From the NCBI GenBank assembly GCA_964016885.1, contig OZ024742.1:248496001-248560000 (forward strand): a stretch of DNA of 64,000 nt, read 5' to 3'. The notes under the pieces were generated by a model. It made no database searches. It was not told where the DNA came from and worked only from the letters and a program-made list of their open reading frames with translations. Source of the stretch: Eledone cirrhosa (Eukaryota). A program made the position numbers and the translations under genes. Positions 30,555-44,737 of this stretch are shown one piece after another (within the stretch, counting starts at the first letter, position 1; each line of letters opens with the position of its first letter).

Positions 30555-30558
<4 letters not shown>
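29416..30558 (-). mobile_element. CR1-like LINE RT fragment, internally deleted
   Basis: FRPVSLTS..QHGFRPGRSCLTQLL; SCLDYCSQLWSP; YWERLKELKLCSLEQRRER; GPQLINKLP..IPDEP. Confidence 0.8.
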
Positions 30559-30625
<67 letters not shown>

Positions 30626-30760
30626 CTTAGGTTAATAGGAGTTAGGTATTGTATACCCGTGTCCCATTAAGGTATTGGCAGCATAATAATTAGCTCTATG
30701 CTTTGGAGCAGAGCCGTATATATGAAAAAGAACACAAGAGCGTCTACAACATCAACATAT

Positions 30761-30820
30761 TTTTATTGGCTTACAATGTTTCTTCCTTACGTAACTGTAG
30801 GATTCGTCAGAGCTATAAAA
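30761..30820 (-). ncRNA. Type I hammerhead ribozyme motif
   Basis: TTTTATAGCT-CTGACGA-stem II-GAAA-CATTG-TA-AGCCAATAAAA. Confidence 0.65.
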
Positions 30821-31120
30821 GGGGTTTGATTGGTGTTATGGACTCTACCAACCAAACATTCAAGAACAAAGAGTAAAGAGAGTAAAGAGCAAAAGTAGGG
30901 GACGATAAGTCTAATTTTGGTGCGGGAGGGTGGGGTGTGGGTCCTTGTTTACTAGCTGCGGTCATATTCATGAATATGACCGCAGCTAGTAAACAAGGAC
31001 CCACACCCCACCCTCCCGCACCAAAATTAGACTTATCGTCCCCTACTTTTGCTCTTTACTCTCTTTACTCTTTGTTCTTGAATGTTTGGTTGGTAGAGTC
31101 CATAACACCAATCAAACCCC

Positions 31121-31180
31121 TTTTATAGCTCTGATGAATTCTACGGTTACGTAAGGAAGAAACATTGTAAGCCAATAAAA
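31121..31180 (+). ncRNA. Type I hammerhead ribozyme motif
   Basis: TTTTATAGCT-CTGATGA-ATTCTACG GTTA CGTAAGGAA-GAAA-CATTG-TA-AGCCAATAAAA. Confidence 0.7.
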
Positions 31181-32186
31181 ATCTTTTGATGTTGTAGACG
31201 CTCTTGTGTTCTTTTTCATATATATATATATATATATTAATTTCTGAGTAGAAAAGAGGCAGTAACGCCAAAGATTCAACTTTTGATGAAGCAACCATAG
31301 TCACATTAAATGTTCTACTGAAAAACAATATTCATATAATATAATATAAGTAATAAGGTTTTTATGATAAATTTAAATGTGTGACACTGTTGCAAGATTA
31401 ACACTCGACTGCTTGTCTCTGTATTCTGGTTGCAGCTGAATCAACATATGCAACGGCAAATCAAGAGTCTTCCTCAAAGACACAACGCATAGTCAATGGA
31501 AGGAGTGAAACCCGGGTTCTTAGAGACTTTAACAGAACTTAACCACTATTCCACGTTAGTTTCACAATAAGTAGCAGAGTTTGTGAAATAAAATCTGGCT
31601 CAATGTCACATCACTGTAACAATTCAGCCGATACAATTTCTCCTTCATTTGACCAGTAACTATAAACGTATTGAGTAAGTATAACATTTGTAAACATAAG
31701 TTACCCCAAAGAAAACATGGCCGTGAGGTATTTACGATAGTATACTTCAAACAATATTGTCTGCCAATGAAGTATAATGCGAGAGTTTGTTAAGTATGAA
31801 TTACATTTGAAGCTAGAGAAGATATTCCGTCGACCGTTGTCTAAAATATCAACTGTTTACATGGAAACCCAGTCTTAATCAACTTGATACGTGACTCCAT
31901 TCACATCTTGCTAAATAGATATTTCTAAACGGCATTGTTCACCATTGCGTTATGTTCATACGTACGTAGATACGTAGTTATATATATACATACAAACATA
32001 TATGCACACGTGTATACATTGATACAGGGATACACATACACACAGACACACACTCAGATATATATATACACACACTCACACACACAACACACAGACACAC
32101 ATATATATATATATATTTATATTCGTATATATGGATATATGGATATATCTATGTATGTGTGTGCATATATATGCATCTATCAACAG

Positions 32187-32315
<129 letters not shown>

Positions 32316-33204
32316 CACACACAGAGGGAGAGATAGAAGACAGAGGGGAGTTTTATAGATAGGTAGATAGTTATAAACTCATACGTATGATTACACACGT
32401 GTATATATACACATACTTTTGTGAAAACTTGTATACCTACATACCGATATTTATGTAAATTGATATATCTGCGTTTGTCTGTATGTGTGTTTGCGAGTGC
32501 GTATGCGCGCGCATAAACGTATACATTTAAAATATATGTAGTTACATTCAATAAATGAATCACACACAGGCAGACACATATATATATGCATATATATATG
32601 TATATATATATATATACATATGTGTATGTGTAAATGTGTATGTGTTTATTTGCTAGTTAGTGTGTGCGTGCGTATGTAGCTGTATCACATACATCAATAT
32701 ACGCAATATATGCAAATTCACATATAACAGATTTTAAAATAAAATAAATAAGTTAACGCACTAAAATGTAACGCACCAATATAAATAAGTTAACGCACAT
32801 ACATCAAATGGTGTGTTTATATTTATGCAGCATACATTTTCTACTGTACAGATATCCAAACAACGCAATTTTATTAATAGCGTGTAAAAATATTTTCTCG
32901 ATTGGTTTAAGATAGGCTTCGGCATTGATGAAATTTTATTGTAAATTTGACCTTATTGTTATTGAACGTGTATTCAGGTTAGGTTAGTTGGTCTCTCAGG
33001 TTACGAAGTTGCAATAGTAAAGACGCAATTAAGACATTCTATGATAGTGTTGATCGGAAAAAGCCTCTAATATGAAAATTAAAAATACTTTAGTGAAAAC
33101 TAGAGTATATATATCTACCTATATATATCTATTTATCTATCTATCTATCTATCTATAAATAAATAAAGAAAGAAACATGTCTATCTATCTATCTATCTAT
33201 CTAT

Positions 33205-33275
<71 letters not shown>

Positions 33276-34161
33276 ACTGCTGCATTAGTGCGGCAGAAAC
33301 TCGATGTATACATATATATATATATAAATATATATATATATAACCTAACAAAAATATAGATGTCATGTATGAGAAAATCTCAAACATGCGCCATAATACC
33401 TATAGAAGGGGCTCAAACAAAAATTCCAAGGACTAAATCCGAGCATTTATTACAAAATTAGAAGAACGATTGACATATTTATATGAATAAAAATATCAAA
33501 CAATAATAGGAGATAATTTGCAAAGAATGTAAGATAATTACAAGAGGTAGCATATTCAAATTTAACAAAAACTTAAAATATAGATACCCAGCCATAATTA
33601 TTTATATTTCCTCATACATATTCCTTTATTGCTTTAGAAATGTTTCACCAATATATGGTGAAGTTCAATAGTCAATTTGGGATCGCCTCTGAAAGAGAAA
33701 TAGAAGTATGCTGATTTACACCACTTAGACAAATGAGGGAATATCGGAAACACACGTGGATTTAGGAAAAAAACACTGCGTTTTTGCGTCGTTGTACCAG
33801 TGATGGGAATAGGTATACTGACAGCTAGAAATAGCAGTCAAAACCTTTCAACATCATAAAGCTCTATTAAAATAATATTTAGGGTCATATATGTAGTAAT
33901 AACAAAAATATAGATGTCATGTCTAAGAAAATTTCAAATTTACGCGATACCACCTGTTGAAGCTCAAAGAAAGATTCCGAGGAATAAATTCGAGCATTTA
34001 TTTATAAAATTAAAAGATCGATTGACATATATATAGAAATAAATATATCAAACATTAACAGGAGATAATTTGTAAAGAATGTAAGGACATATAGTTACAA
34101 AATGTAGCATATTTAAATTTAACAAAAATTCTCAAATATAGAAAACTGGCATTAATTATTT

Positions 34162-34342
34162 GGTGGATTGGCAGTATCAGTAGAGGGTCGGACGCCATGC
34201 TTTCCAGCATAGTTACGTCCCTTTACGATCTGAGTTCAAATCCCGCCGAGGTTGACTTTGCCTTTCATCCTTATGGGGTCGATAAAATAAAGTACCAGTA
34301 ATGCACTGAGTAATTGCTGGCCTTGTGCCTAAAATAGAAACA
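34162..34342 (+). mobile_element. SINE with 11-bp TSD
   Basis: ATTAATTATTT at 34151-34161 and 34343-34353. Confidence 0.9.
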
Positions 34343-34614
34343 ATTAATTATTTATACTCCTTCATACATATTCGATTATTGCTTTAGGAATATGTTTCAC
34401 CATTAAGTGGGGAAGTTCAATGCTAAAATGCATTGGTTTTTTCCTAACTTCATGTGCGTTTCCGACAGTCCCTGATATGCCTAACCGTTGTCAGTTCATA
34501 TATTACGATTTCTCCTTTACTGATGATCCCAAATTGACTATAGAATTTCACTATGTAATGGTGAACAGATTACTGAATCAATAATAGAATATGTATCAAA
34601 GAGTATAAATAATT

Positions 34615-34795
34615 AATTGTTTCTAATTTTGACACAAGGCCAGCAATTATTCCAGTGTATTACTGGTACTTTATTTTATCGGCCCCGTAAGGATGAAATA
34701 CAAAGATAACCTCGGCGGCATTTGAACTCAGACCATAACGGGCCGTAACTCTTTGCTGCAAAGCATGGCGTTCGACCTTCTAGCGATACTGCCAA
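34615..34795 (-). mobile_element. SINE
   Basis: Reverse complement of the SINE consensus seen elsewhere in the window. Confidence 0.85.
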
Positions 34796-35072
34796 TAAAA
34801 AACTAATTCCAGGTATCTATATTTGAAGCGTTTGTTAGATTTTAATATGCTACCTTTTGTAATTATGTTACATATTTTGCAAATTATCTCCTGTTAATGT
34901 TTGATATATTTATTTCTATATATGCCAATACAGTCTCTTTTACGAGTATATCATATAACGCTATCTAATATTGTAATTTGTCTGAAGAAAGCATACTATA
35001 ATTTAGTATCCCTGAAATATATAAAATGAAATAAATAATGATGCTATACTGTTATATATTCCGTTTACTACT

Positions 35073-36632
<1,560 letters not shown>

Positions 36633-36663
36633 TATATATATATATATATAGAGAGAGAGAGAT

Positions 36664-36714
36664 GAGATTCTACAGGACTAGAACTGTTTCATTCTTTAGA
36701 AATCATCAGGAATC
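36664..36714 (-). ncRNA. Type I hammerhead motif (mirror copy)
   Basis: Reverse complement of 36749-36799. Confidence 0.75.
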
Positions 36715-36746
36715 CTGATTCTTGATGATTTGTAAAGAATGAATCA

Positions 36747-36799
36747 GAGATTCCTGATGATTTCTAAAGAATGAAACAGTTCTAGTCCTGTAGAATCTC
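36747..36799 (+). ncRNA. Type I hammerhead ribozyme motif
   Basis: GAGATTC-CTGATGA-TTTCTAAAGAAT-GAAA-CAG TTCTAGTC CTG-TA-GAATCTC; perfect 7-bp stem I and a GUA site. Confidence 0.85.
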
Positions 36800-37144
36800 A
36801 TCTATATTAAAACTTTTATATTTTGCAATGTATTGAGTACCTTACTCACTGTGGTTACCTCCGATTCAACCCGGAATAACGAACGTATATATATATATAT
36901 TTAAAAGAATAGAGAACAGGTAGAATTTCCAAATCTAATCAGATTAGAGCAAACATCACGGGCGCTCTATCTCAAAATTATTTTTGAAAAGCATTAGAAA
37001 TGCGCAACCGGTAAAGACTTAAAACCAAAACTGAATACTAACCAATACCTATTACTAATGTTTACTTATTCCTAATTAAACTATTTTTCACTGGGAACAA
37101 TTTGTCAGCATTTTCTTTTCCTTTTACCAATATATATATATATT

Positions 37145-37252
<108 letters not shown>

Positions 37253-38007
37253 AATAGAGGAGGAGAGAATTGTGTGTGTGTGGGTGTGTGTCTGGGGCGT
37301 GGGTATGTTTGTTTGTCTGTGAAAGTATTTATCTACACGCCGGTAAGTTTGTTCTGGTCTGTTTCCCAGTAAAGTGACTGACCAGTCTATGGAAAAGATT
37401 TTGAAAAGAGAGAATCAATAGCAGAAAAATGGAGAGATCAGTTGCCAATATGTTAAACGAAGCAAATATAAAACATTATATTGAAATAATTTTACAATTA
37501 CACAAAAGAAAGTAATAAACAAAATACATGACAAATAATACATAAAAATAAATATCAGTATTTCAAAAACACGAGAAATAAGATAGAAAACGCAAAATAC
37601 GAAAAATACAATTATTCTAAGAGAATTTCCTTGAAAGACATTTCAAGAAATTGAATGTAAAAACAAAAAGTAAACGGGAAAATTCTTTTTTTTTTTCATT
37701 TGAGAGATAAAAGTTTATAAATGAGTAGGTGATTTCGTAAAGAAATATCATCAAATATTGGAAAATTTCTAAGAAATGGATTAATTACGTAGATTGGGTC
37801 ATAAAGTGGATTTGAGAATGGCACCATCACTCACTACTCGCCCCACATTTAATTCTTTCACTACTGCTGTTACTAATGCTGTTCTTGTTTTCTCGTCTTC
37901 GGTTTTTTTTTCTGGTTTTTGTCCATTTAACAAAATTTTCTTATTTAAAATTTTGGTGAGGTTGGGTGGTGTGGGTTGGGGGATCACTCTATTTAATTAT
38001 AATCTTA

Positions 38008-38232
38008 CCACCATCACTGCAACAATAACGACAACGACGACCACCACCACCACCACCACTACTACTACTACTGCTACTACTGCAACAATAACGACCACCA
38101 ACATTGTCACAATCATCAGCACCACCATCTCGGCGACCACAACCACTACGACGACGACGACGGCGATGATGACAATGACGACCACCGCTACCACCACCAC
38201 CACCACTACTACTACTATTACTACTACTACCA
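38008..38232. repeat. Compound (ACC/ACT/ACG)n trinucleotide repeat
   Basis: Directly visible; explains the poly-Thr ORF. Confidence 0.9.
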
Positions 38233-38268
38233 AATTTATTGTAATTTCATCATTATTTATAGTATTAT

Positions 38269-39079
38269 AGGGCGGTGAATTGGCAGTATCGGTAGAGGGT
38301 CGGACATGCTTCCCAGCATAGCTACGTCCCTTTATGATCTGAGTTCAAAACCCGCCGAGGTTAACTTTGCCTTTCATCCTTACGGGGTCGATAAAATAAA
38401 GTACCAGTAATGTACTGGGATAATTGGTGGCCTTGTGCCAAAAGTAGAAACAATTATTTATAGTATTATTATGTTCATAATTATTATAATCTTTATTATC
38501 ATTATCATCATTTTTGATCTTCTTAATGGCATTAACGATAGCACGTCGGGCAGCCTGCTTCGATGCATAGAGTTACGTTCCTTTGCGTTCTGAGTTCAAA
38601 TCGTGCCGAGTTTAGCTTTGCCTTTCATCCACACCCAAAATTGTTGGTCTTGTGCCTCTAAAAGAAACCATTATTATTAAAGAAAACATCATTATTATTT
38701 GTGGTAGGGCGGTAGTTCGGCAGTATCGATAGAGCATCGGACACCATGCTTTGCAGCATAGAGTTATACCCCTTTACGTTCTGAGTTCAAATCCAGCCGT
38801 GGTTAACTTTGCCTTTCTTCCTTACTGGGGTCGATGAAATAAAGCACCAGAAATGCACTGGGCTAATTGCTGGCCTTGTGCCAAAAATAGAAACAAATTA
38901 TTTGTAAACATTATTGCTATTGGCAGTATCGGTAGAGCATAGTTACGTCCCTTTACGGTCTGAGTTCAAATCCCGCCGAGGTTAACTTTGCCTTTCATCC
39001 TTAAGAGGTCGATAAAATAAAGTACCAGTAATGTGCTGGGTAATTGCTGGCCTTGTGCCAAAAGTAGAAACAATTATTG
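38269..39079 (+). mobile_element. Cluster of four same-orientation SINE copies
   Basis: Copies at about 38269-38460, 38525-38675, 38707-38900 and 38920-39079, each with a GAGTTCAAA B-box and tail. Confidence 0.85.
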
Positions 39080-39304
39080 CTGTTTCCATTACATGATCAG
39101 TATTTGCAGGCGATAGAAAAATATGTGTGTTGACGACGACGAGGACAGAGGAAATTCACGCTGAATGGATTAAATGATATTTAAATAACCTCATTACAAC
39201 CTCTGCCGTCATCTAGTGGCACTGTAAAAATTAATCCTGTTTAGCCATTATTTTTACATCTTAACGTTTCTCATGTTTTCTCTACTTGTGTCTGATACTT
39301 ATAT

Positions 39305-39452
39305 TTCTTCTTCTTCTTCTTCTTCTTCTTCTTCTTCTTCTTCTTCTTCTTCTTCTTCTTCTTCTTCTTCTTCTTCTTTCTTCTTCTTCTTCTTCTTCTT
39401 CTTCTTCTTCTTCTTCTTCTTCTTCTTCTTCTTCTTCTTCTTCTTCTTCTTC
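39305..39452. repeat. (TTC)n microsatellite
   Basis: Directly visible in the sequence. Confidence 0.95.
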
Positions 39453-39969
39453 TGTACATTGTGTAGTGTATGCGTTTTGTTATATACTAGGCGAGTGACA
39501 CTGAGCCTTATGTATTGTCAGAGTACTGTTATTTTATTAGGCGCTGAAAACGTAGAGCGTCTCTCATAGGTTTTGTTATTTTATTGAGTGCTTATGTTCG
39601 TAGAATATGTCTTGTATGTAATGTTATATCATTGGATAGTGATTTTCTACGGTATGTGCTGTGCGTTTTGTGTTATATTGTTAAGTGATTATTTATAGGG
39701 TATGTATGGTGTGTAGATTTTATGCAGATTTAGTTCTGTTAAAGAATTCAAATTCTCATATATAGCAGATGGTTGGTGTCTAAATTTTGATATTAAATTT
39801 GTTGTCTTTTTATATCTATCTGTAAGTCTATGTATATATATGTCCTCTATATGTCCATCTCTCACCCTTTCTCTCTCTAACTATCTACATACCTACTTAC
39901 CTATCTATCAATCTATCTATCAACACACACACATACACACATATATCTATATATATATATATATATATA

Positions 39970-40665
39970 CTAGCAGAATGGCCCAGCGTTGCTCGGGATT
40001 CTAAACATAGGTGGGCATGATTATCCCTCCTTTCTGAAACAGTATAGAGCAGTACAGAATACCTCGGCCTGAGTAAGGTGTCTATATTTTGTGTTTATAA
40101 AGAAAATTCATCGTAGATTACCAGGGCTTTAACTTAACTGGCTGCCTGAGAGTAAAATATTCAACCCACGAAAGCCAAGACGATAAGGTTAAGTAAAAAG
40201 GCATTCGACAAACCGAACATGTATTTGTTGTGCTATGGTACAATGAAAGCAATATCTATAGAGCAGTAAACATGTGGGACTGCAGTGGTGGAGAGCATGA
40301 AGGAATTTAGTTGGATACTTTTAAGGTTAGGGGCCCTAACGCAACCAAAATGCTAAACAATGCGGTCGCCGGGCAAAAATTTGAAATCTTTTTCAGTCAA
40401 GAAACTTTCTGAAACATAAGTAATGCATATGCAAAGTTTTAATACAATCGGTTGGGTATTTCTCGAGTTATAGGCCCTAACACAACCAAAATGCTTTAAA
40501 AAATCAGTTTTTCGGCTAATGCGGTCCCTAGGCATTGAACATTTGAAATATATTATGCTCAAAACACTCACACGACCATAAGTATTAGATGTGTAAAGTT
40601 TGGAAAAATCGGTTGGGTGGTTCTCGAGTTTTAGGGAGACAGACAAACATTCTCTGTTTTACATA
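39970..40665 (-). mobile_element. Non-autonomous Helitron-like element
   Basis: Minus-strand 3' end CCCGAGCAACGCTGGG hairpin + CCATTCTG-CTAG|T; internal repeats AATCGGTTGGGT..TTCTCGAGTT and GGCCCTAAC.CAACCAAAATGCT; 5' boundary approximate. Confidence 0.7.
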
Positions 40666-40666
40666 T

Positions 40667-40701
<35 letters not shown>

Positions 40702-40893
40702 AGAAAAACCACAAACCCTCCATCTCAATTCTACATTTGAAATGCAGAAGAACTGCGAAACCGGTAAAGGAACCCCATAAATATATACTTATATAAAAAA
40801 AGACTCCAGTTGCATTTTCGATTTCCTCTTTTTTCCCTATATATATAGATGTATGAATGTATGTATGTATGTATATATACAGTCTCTCTCTCC

Positions 40894-40951
<58 letters not shown>

Positions 40952-41449
40952 AAACATATATGTGTGCATGTATATATATATATATATGTGTGTGTGTGTT
41001 GTAAAATAGGTTGCGTAATGCTTTTCGCTGTCAAGATGGACGATTAATCTCAAATGTTGTGTTAATTTCAAACAAGTCATTCTCCTCGGGGGTGGGGTTT
41101 TGATTGACAGAGATTGGTTCGTAATGTCGGAGGGGTTATTTACAATGCAACCAAAGTAAAAATAAAATCAGAATATGAATAAAATGGAAATGGGACTTTA
41201 TAGTTGTCAATAAACAGTATAATAAGGCTGTCATATAACTTGTGTGGTTAAAAGATTTGTTAATGGGAGCAAGGAGTGGAAGAAAAGCTAATGCTTTCTA
41301 GTTAGTCATTAATCAAAATTGCATTGCGTGTATCTTTGATGCTAATGTCATTGTGCTTCCAACTAACTAATGCCTGTGTCTATGTGTTTCTTCTAGCTGC
41401 AGAGTTTAGGTTACTGTCAGTTTCTTTTGATTAATTTTGATAAAACAGC

Positions 41450-41507
<58 letters not shown>

Positions 41508-41535
41508 TTATGTAATAAACAATATGAGATAATTA

Positions 41536-41595
41536 TTTCATTTACCAGTGGTTTCTTGAAAGCAACCAAAATTGCTTTCATTCATCAGAATGAAA
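41536..41595 (-). ncRNA. Type I hammerhead ribozyme motif
   Basis: TTTCATT-CTGATGA-A TGAAAGCAA TTTTGG TTGCTTTCA A-GAAA-CCA C TGG-TA-AATGAAA; all three stems pair perfectly. Confidence 0.88.
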
Positions 41596-41852
41596 AAAAC
41601 CTGGTGTCTTTATTGACAGTGGATTTGAAAAACAAGAATATAACAGATATGAAAGTGAGGCTGGAGGAAAAAAAAAGAGGGGTGGAGAATAATAAATAAG
41701 AATATATAACAACACACACGTACACACACACACACGCACACACACTCACATATACACACATATATACATATATATATAAATATATACACACACACATACA
41801 CACACATATACACAGAGGCACATATACACACACAATCACACACACATATATA

Positions 41853-41928
<76 letters not shown>

Positions 41929-42005
41929 CATATATATACATGCACACACACATATATATATCTAGAGCACTCTTTTTTCCTGGACCTTTCCGACGGAATT
42001 ACTTC

Positions 42006-42162
<157 letters not shown>

Positions 42163-42289
42163 TTTTATATATAAAATCCGCATGGATTCAGTTTGAGACT
42201 GTTTAGACTATTACTCAACAGATTATTCGATACTTGGTGTAGTAGAATATGGTTATATTCTAAAGACTGGAACTAGCTATAATAATAAT

Positions 42290-42480
42290 GACTTCTACTA
42301 CAGGCACAAGGGCAGCAGTTTTGAGGGAGGGTAAAATCGATATATCGCCCCCAGTGCATTACTGGTGCTTTATTTTCTCGTTCACGCAAGGATGAAACGC
42401 AAAGCTAACCTCGGTGGGATTTGAACTCAGATCGCAAAGGGGCATAGCTCGATCCTGCTAAGCATATTGTCTGACGCTAT
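42290..42480 (-). mobile_element. SINE
   Basis: Reverse complement of the SINE consensus. Confidence 0.8.
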
Positions 42481-42683
42481 ATATATACTTAAGAAAGTTA
42501 ACAAAGATAGGTCAAGACAACAAATGGAAACAAAACAAAACGAAAAACAATTTGTGGAGTAAAAGACGAGAGAGAAAACACTAATTCATAGCTGTTAAGC
42601 TACTAAACACAGAATTTTGTGTGACGTCAGGGAAAAAGCCTTGTGATTCATAGAACGACTCATGAATAACAGAAACAAATAAT

Positions 42684-42758
42684 TGTTTCTACTTTTGGCA
42701 CAAGGCCATCAATTATCCCAGTGCATTACTGGTACTTTATTTTATCGACCTCGTAAGG
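42684..42758 (-). mobile_element. 5'-truncated SINE with 18-bp TSD
   Basis: ATAACAGAAACAAATAAT at 42666-42683 and 42759-42776. Confidence 0.85.
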
Positions 42759-42929
42759 ATAACAGAAACAAATAATGGAAGAAAAGAACAAAGAGAAAGT
42801 ATGATATCATGTTAAAAAATAGATGCCAATACATCGTCACATTAGTAGATACACCTAAGAAAATTACAAAAAGATAAGACAAGTAACGGAAACAAAACAA
42901 AACGAAACACAATTTATTACGGTGAAACC

Positions 42930-44150
42930 TTTAAACATTATTTAAAAAAAATATAAATACAAATGAAGGACACAGGACTCCATGGTCTCGGTTGAGATGG
43001 ACTTGGGAAGTTTTGACCTCTACCAATGGTACTCTTGGTCCATCCGGGGTCACACCGTCTGACATAAACCAAATGCTGTCCGGTGAAGTAAAAGATGAGA
43101 GACAAAACGATATATCCATGTTTGTATGCATTTTGTGTGTATTAATGTGCATCGTTGTGCTGAACTTCAAAATACGATATCTCTGTTCTGTATGTTATGG
43201 ATGTGTGCTTTTGCCTTTCTATTGGAAGTGTAAAGTGCTTGCATTTGGTTGTGTGTGTTATAGCGATAGCTATTGCAAAAGAGGTTGAACTTTGGTGAAA
43301 ATTTGTGTGGCATCAGTATATTTATCATTATGTCTAGAAAACTTTTTTTTCCATTATAGTTAATGTATTATTAAGGGCCGGTGTATGCATACACCTGCAT
43401 AAAGGTAATTGGAGTCGGGTGACTTTCAGATGTGTTGGTGTGCGTGTTATAACAGGTGTGGACCATGAGGTTTTGGTGTAAAATTATTTGTTTTGCATAT
43501 GTATGCATAATTGTAATAAAGTATGTTATTAACGGGGTCACGAGTGAGTTTCATATTGACGTATGTGTTGTATATTCTGTATGTACCGGTTGTGACGGGT
43601 TCAGGTTTTTTTCCAGCAATATATGCAATATAACTTCGGAGCAAAATTGCACAGATGGTGTCTCCTATGGTAAAAATTTAACTTTAGATGGGATACTCTA
43701 TTGCAATTTGAATAATCTCATTTTTCGTGTAAAGGCCATGTATAACTCGGAGTTTTCGTCATGTTTGTTTGGAACTGGGTTGCATAATCAGTGCTGGAAC
43801 AGGTTTGATGTAGTTTCAATTCACATGTTGTGCAGCTTAGGTAGGATTCGATAGAATGATTGGTGTGATCATTGTATATACACTTAAGGTTATTTCCTAG
43901 CATAGGGAAGCCATTTTTATTAGAACTGTTGCATTGCCTTTTAATATTTGTCCTGGTCTATGTATATTTTACTAGAGTTAAGTTTTGTTCCCTTTGATCA
44001 ACCGAGGTTGTGTGTACTGTGATGGAGTTAATAGTGTTTCTATTGAATATAGTATGATAGTGGTGTTCAGGAGTGATATGCGTTTTAAGAAGTAAAATAT
44101 TTTAATATGTGAATTGTTGGAGTGTCAACTGCGGCATTCAGTAGACGATT
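42930..44150 (-). mobile_element. Possible heavily decayed Penelope-like remnant
   Basis: Weak resemblance to the RT C-terminus and Cys-rich linker, plus a degenerate hammerhead-like segment near 42990-43050; no clean motif. Confidence 0.3.
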
Positions 44151-44304
44151 GAACAGGGCAATTTTCCGGTTGCGGCAGCATCTACCACGCCCTAAATACG
44201 TTGGCAGACGTATGTTAATTGCTCATTGATTAAGCACAATTATACATATATAGACATAGAGACATGCATACATACACTCCAATATATATATATATATATA
44301 TATA

Positions 44305-44343
<39 letters not shown>

Positions 44344-44364
44344 GCCACCACATATGTATGCAGG

Positions 44365-44416
<52 letters not shown>

Positions 44417-44471
44417 GTGAGGTTTTTTTTACAAAATAAAAAATAACCGAGGTGTCCTACACGAGTGAAAG

Positions 44472-44737
44472 TATAAAGAAAAAGAGATGAAATCGAAAAT
44501 GCAACTGGAGTTTTATTTTTTTTTTAAATATATATATTTATTTGGTTCCTTTACCTGTTTCGCAGTTCTTCTGCTTTTCAAAAGGTGAGTTGAGATGGAG
44601 GGTCTGCCCTTTTTCTCACATCTCCTTTTGAAAAGCAGAAGAACTGCGAAACAGGTAAAGGAACCAAATAAATATATATATTTTTTTTTAAAATAAGACT
44701 CCAATTGCATTTTCGATTTCATCTCTTTTTCTTTATA
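44472..44737. repeat. Fold-back element flanked by TA with mirrored half hammerheads
   Basis: Arms of about 115 bp, each reading GAAA-CAGG-TA-AAGGAACC; single-arm homologue at 40700-40838 with GAAA-CCGG-TA. Confidence 0.85.

Larger units (their letters stand above)
30717..31224. repeat. About 508-bp near-perfect palindrome flanked by TA, with a hammerhead in each arm
   Basis: Spacerless centre at 30970/30971; identical mirrored ORFs 30813-31004(-) and 30937-31128(+). Confidence 0.95.
33345..34925. repeat. Three copies of a ~330-bp unit (two direct, one inverted); two copies carry a SINE
   Basis: 33345-33685 matches 33899-34420 and the reverse complement of 34525-34925. Confidence 0.8.

Noticed and set aside
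30813-31128. Two identical 63-aa ORFs on opposite strands
   Set aside because: A direct consequence of the palindrome; no recognisable protein.
37794-38270. Thr-rich mucin-like ORF
   Set aside because: Compound trinucleotide microsatellite running into a SINE; no exon evidence.
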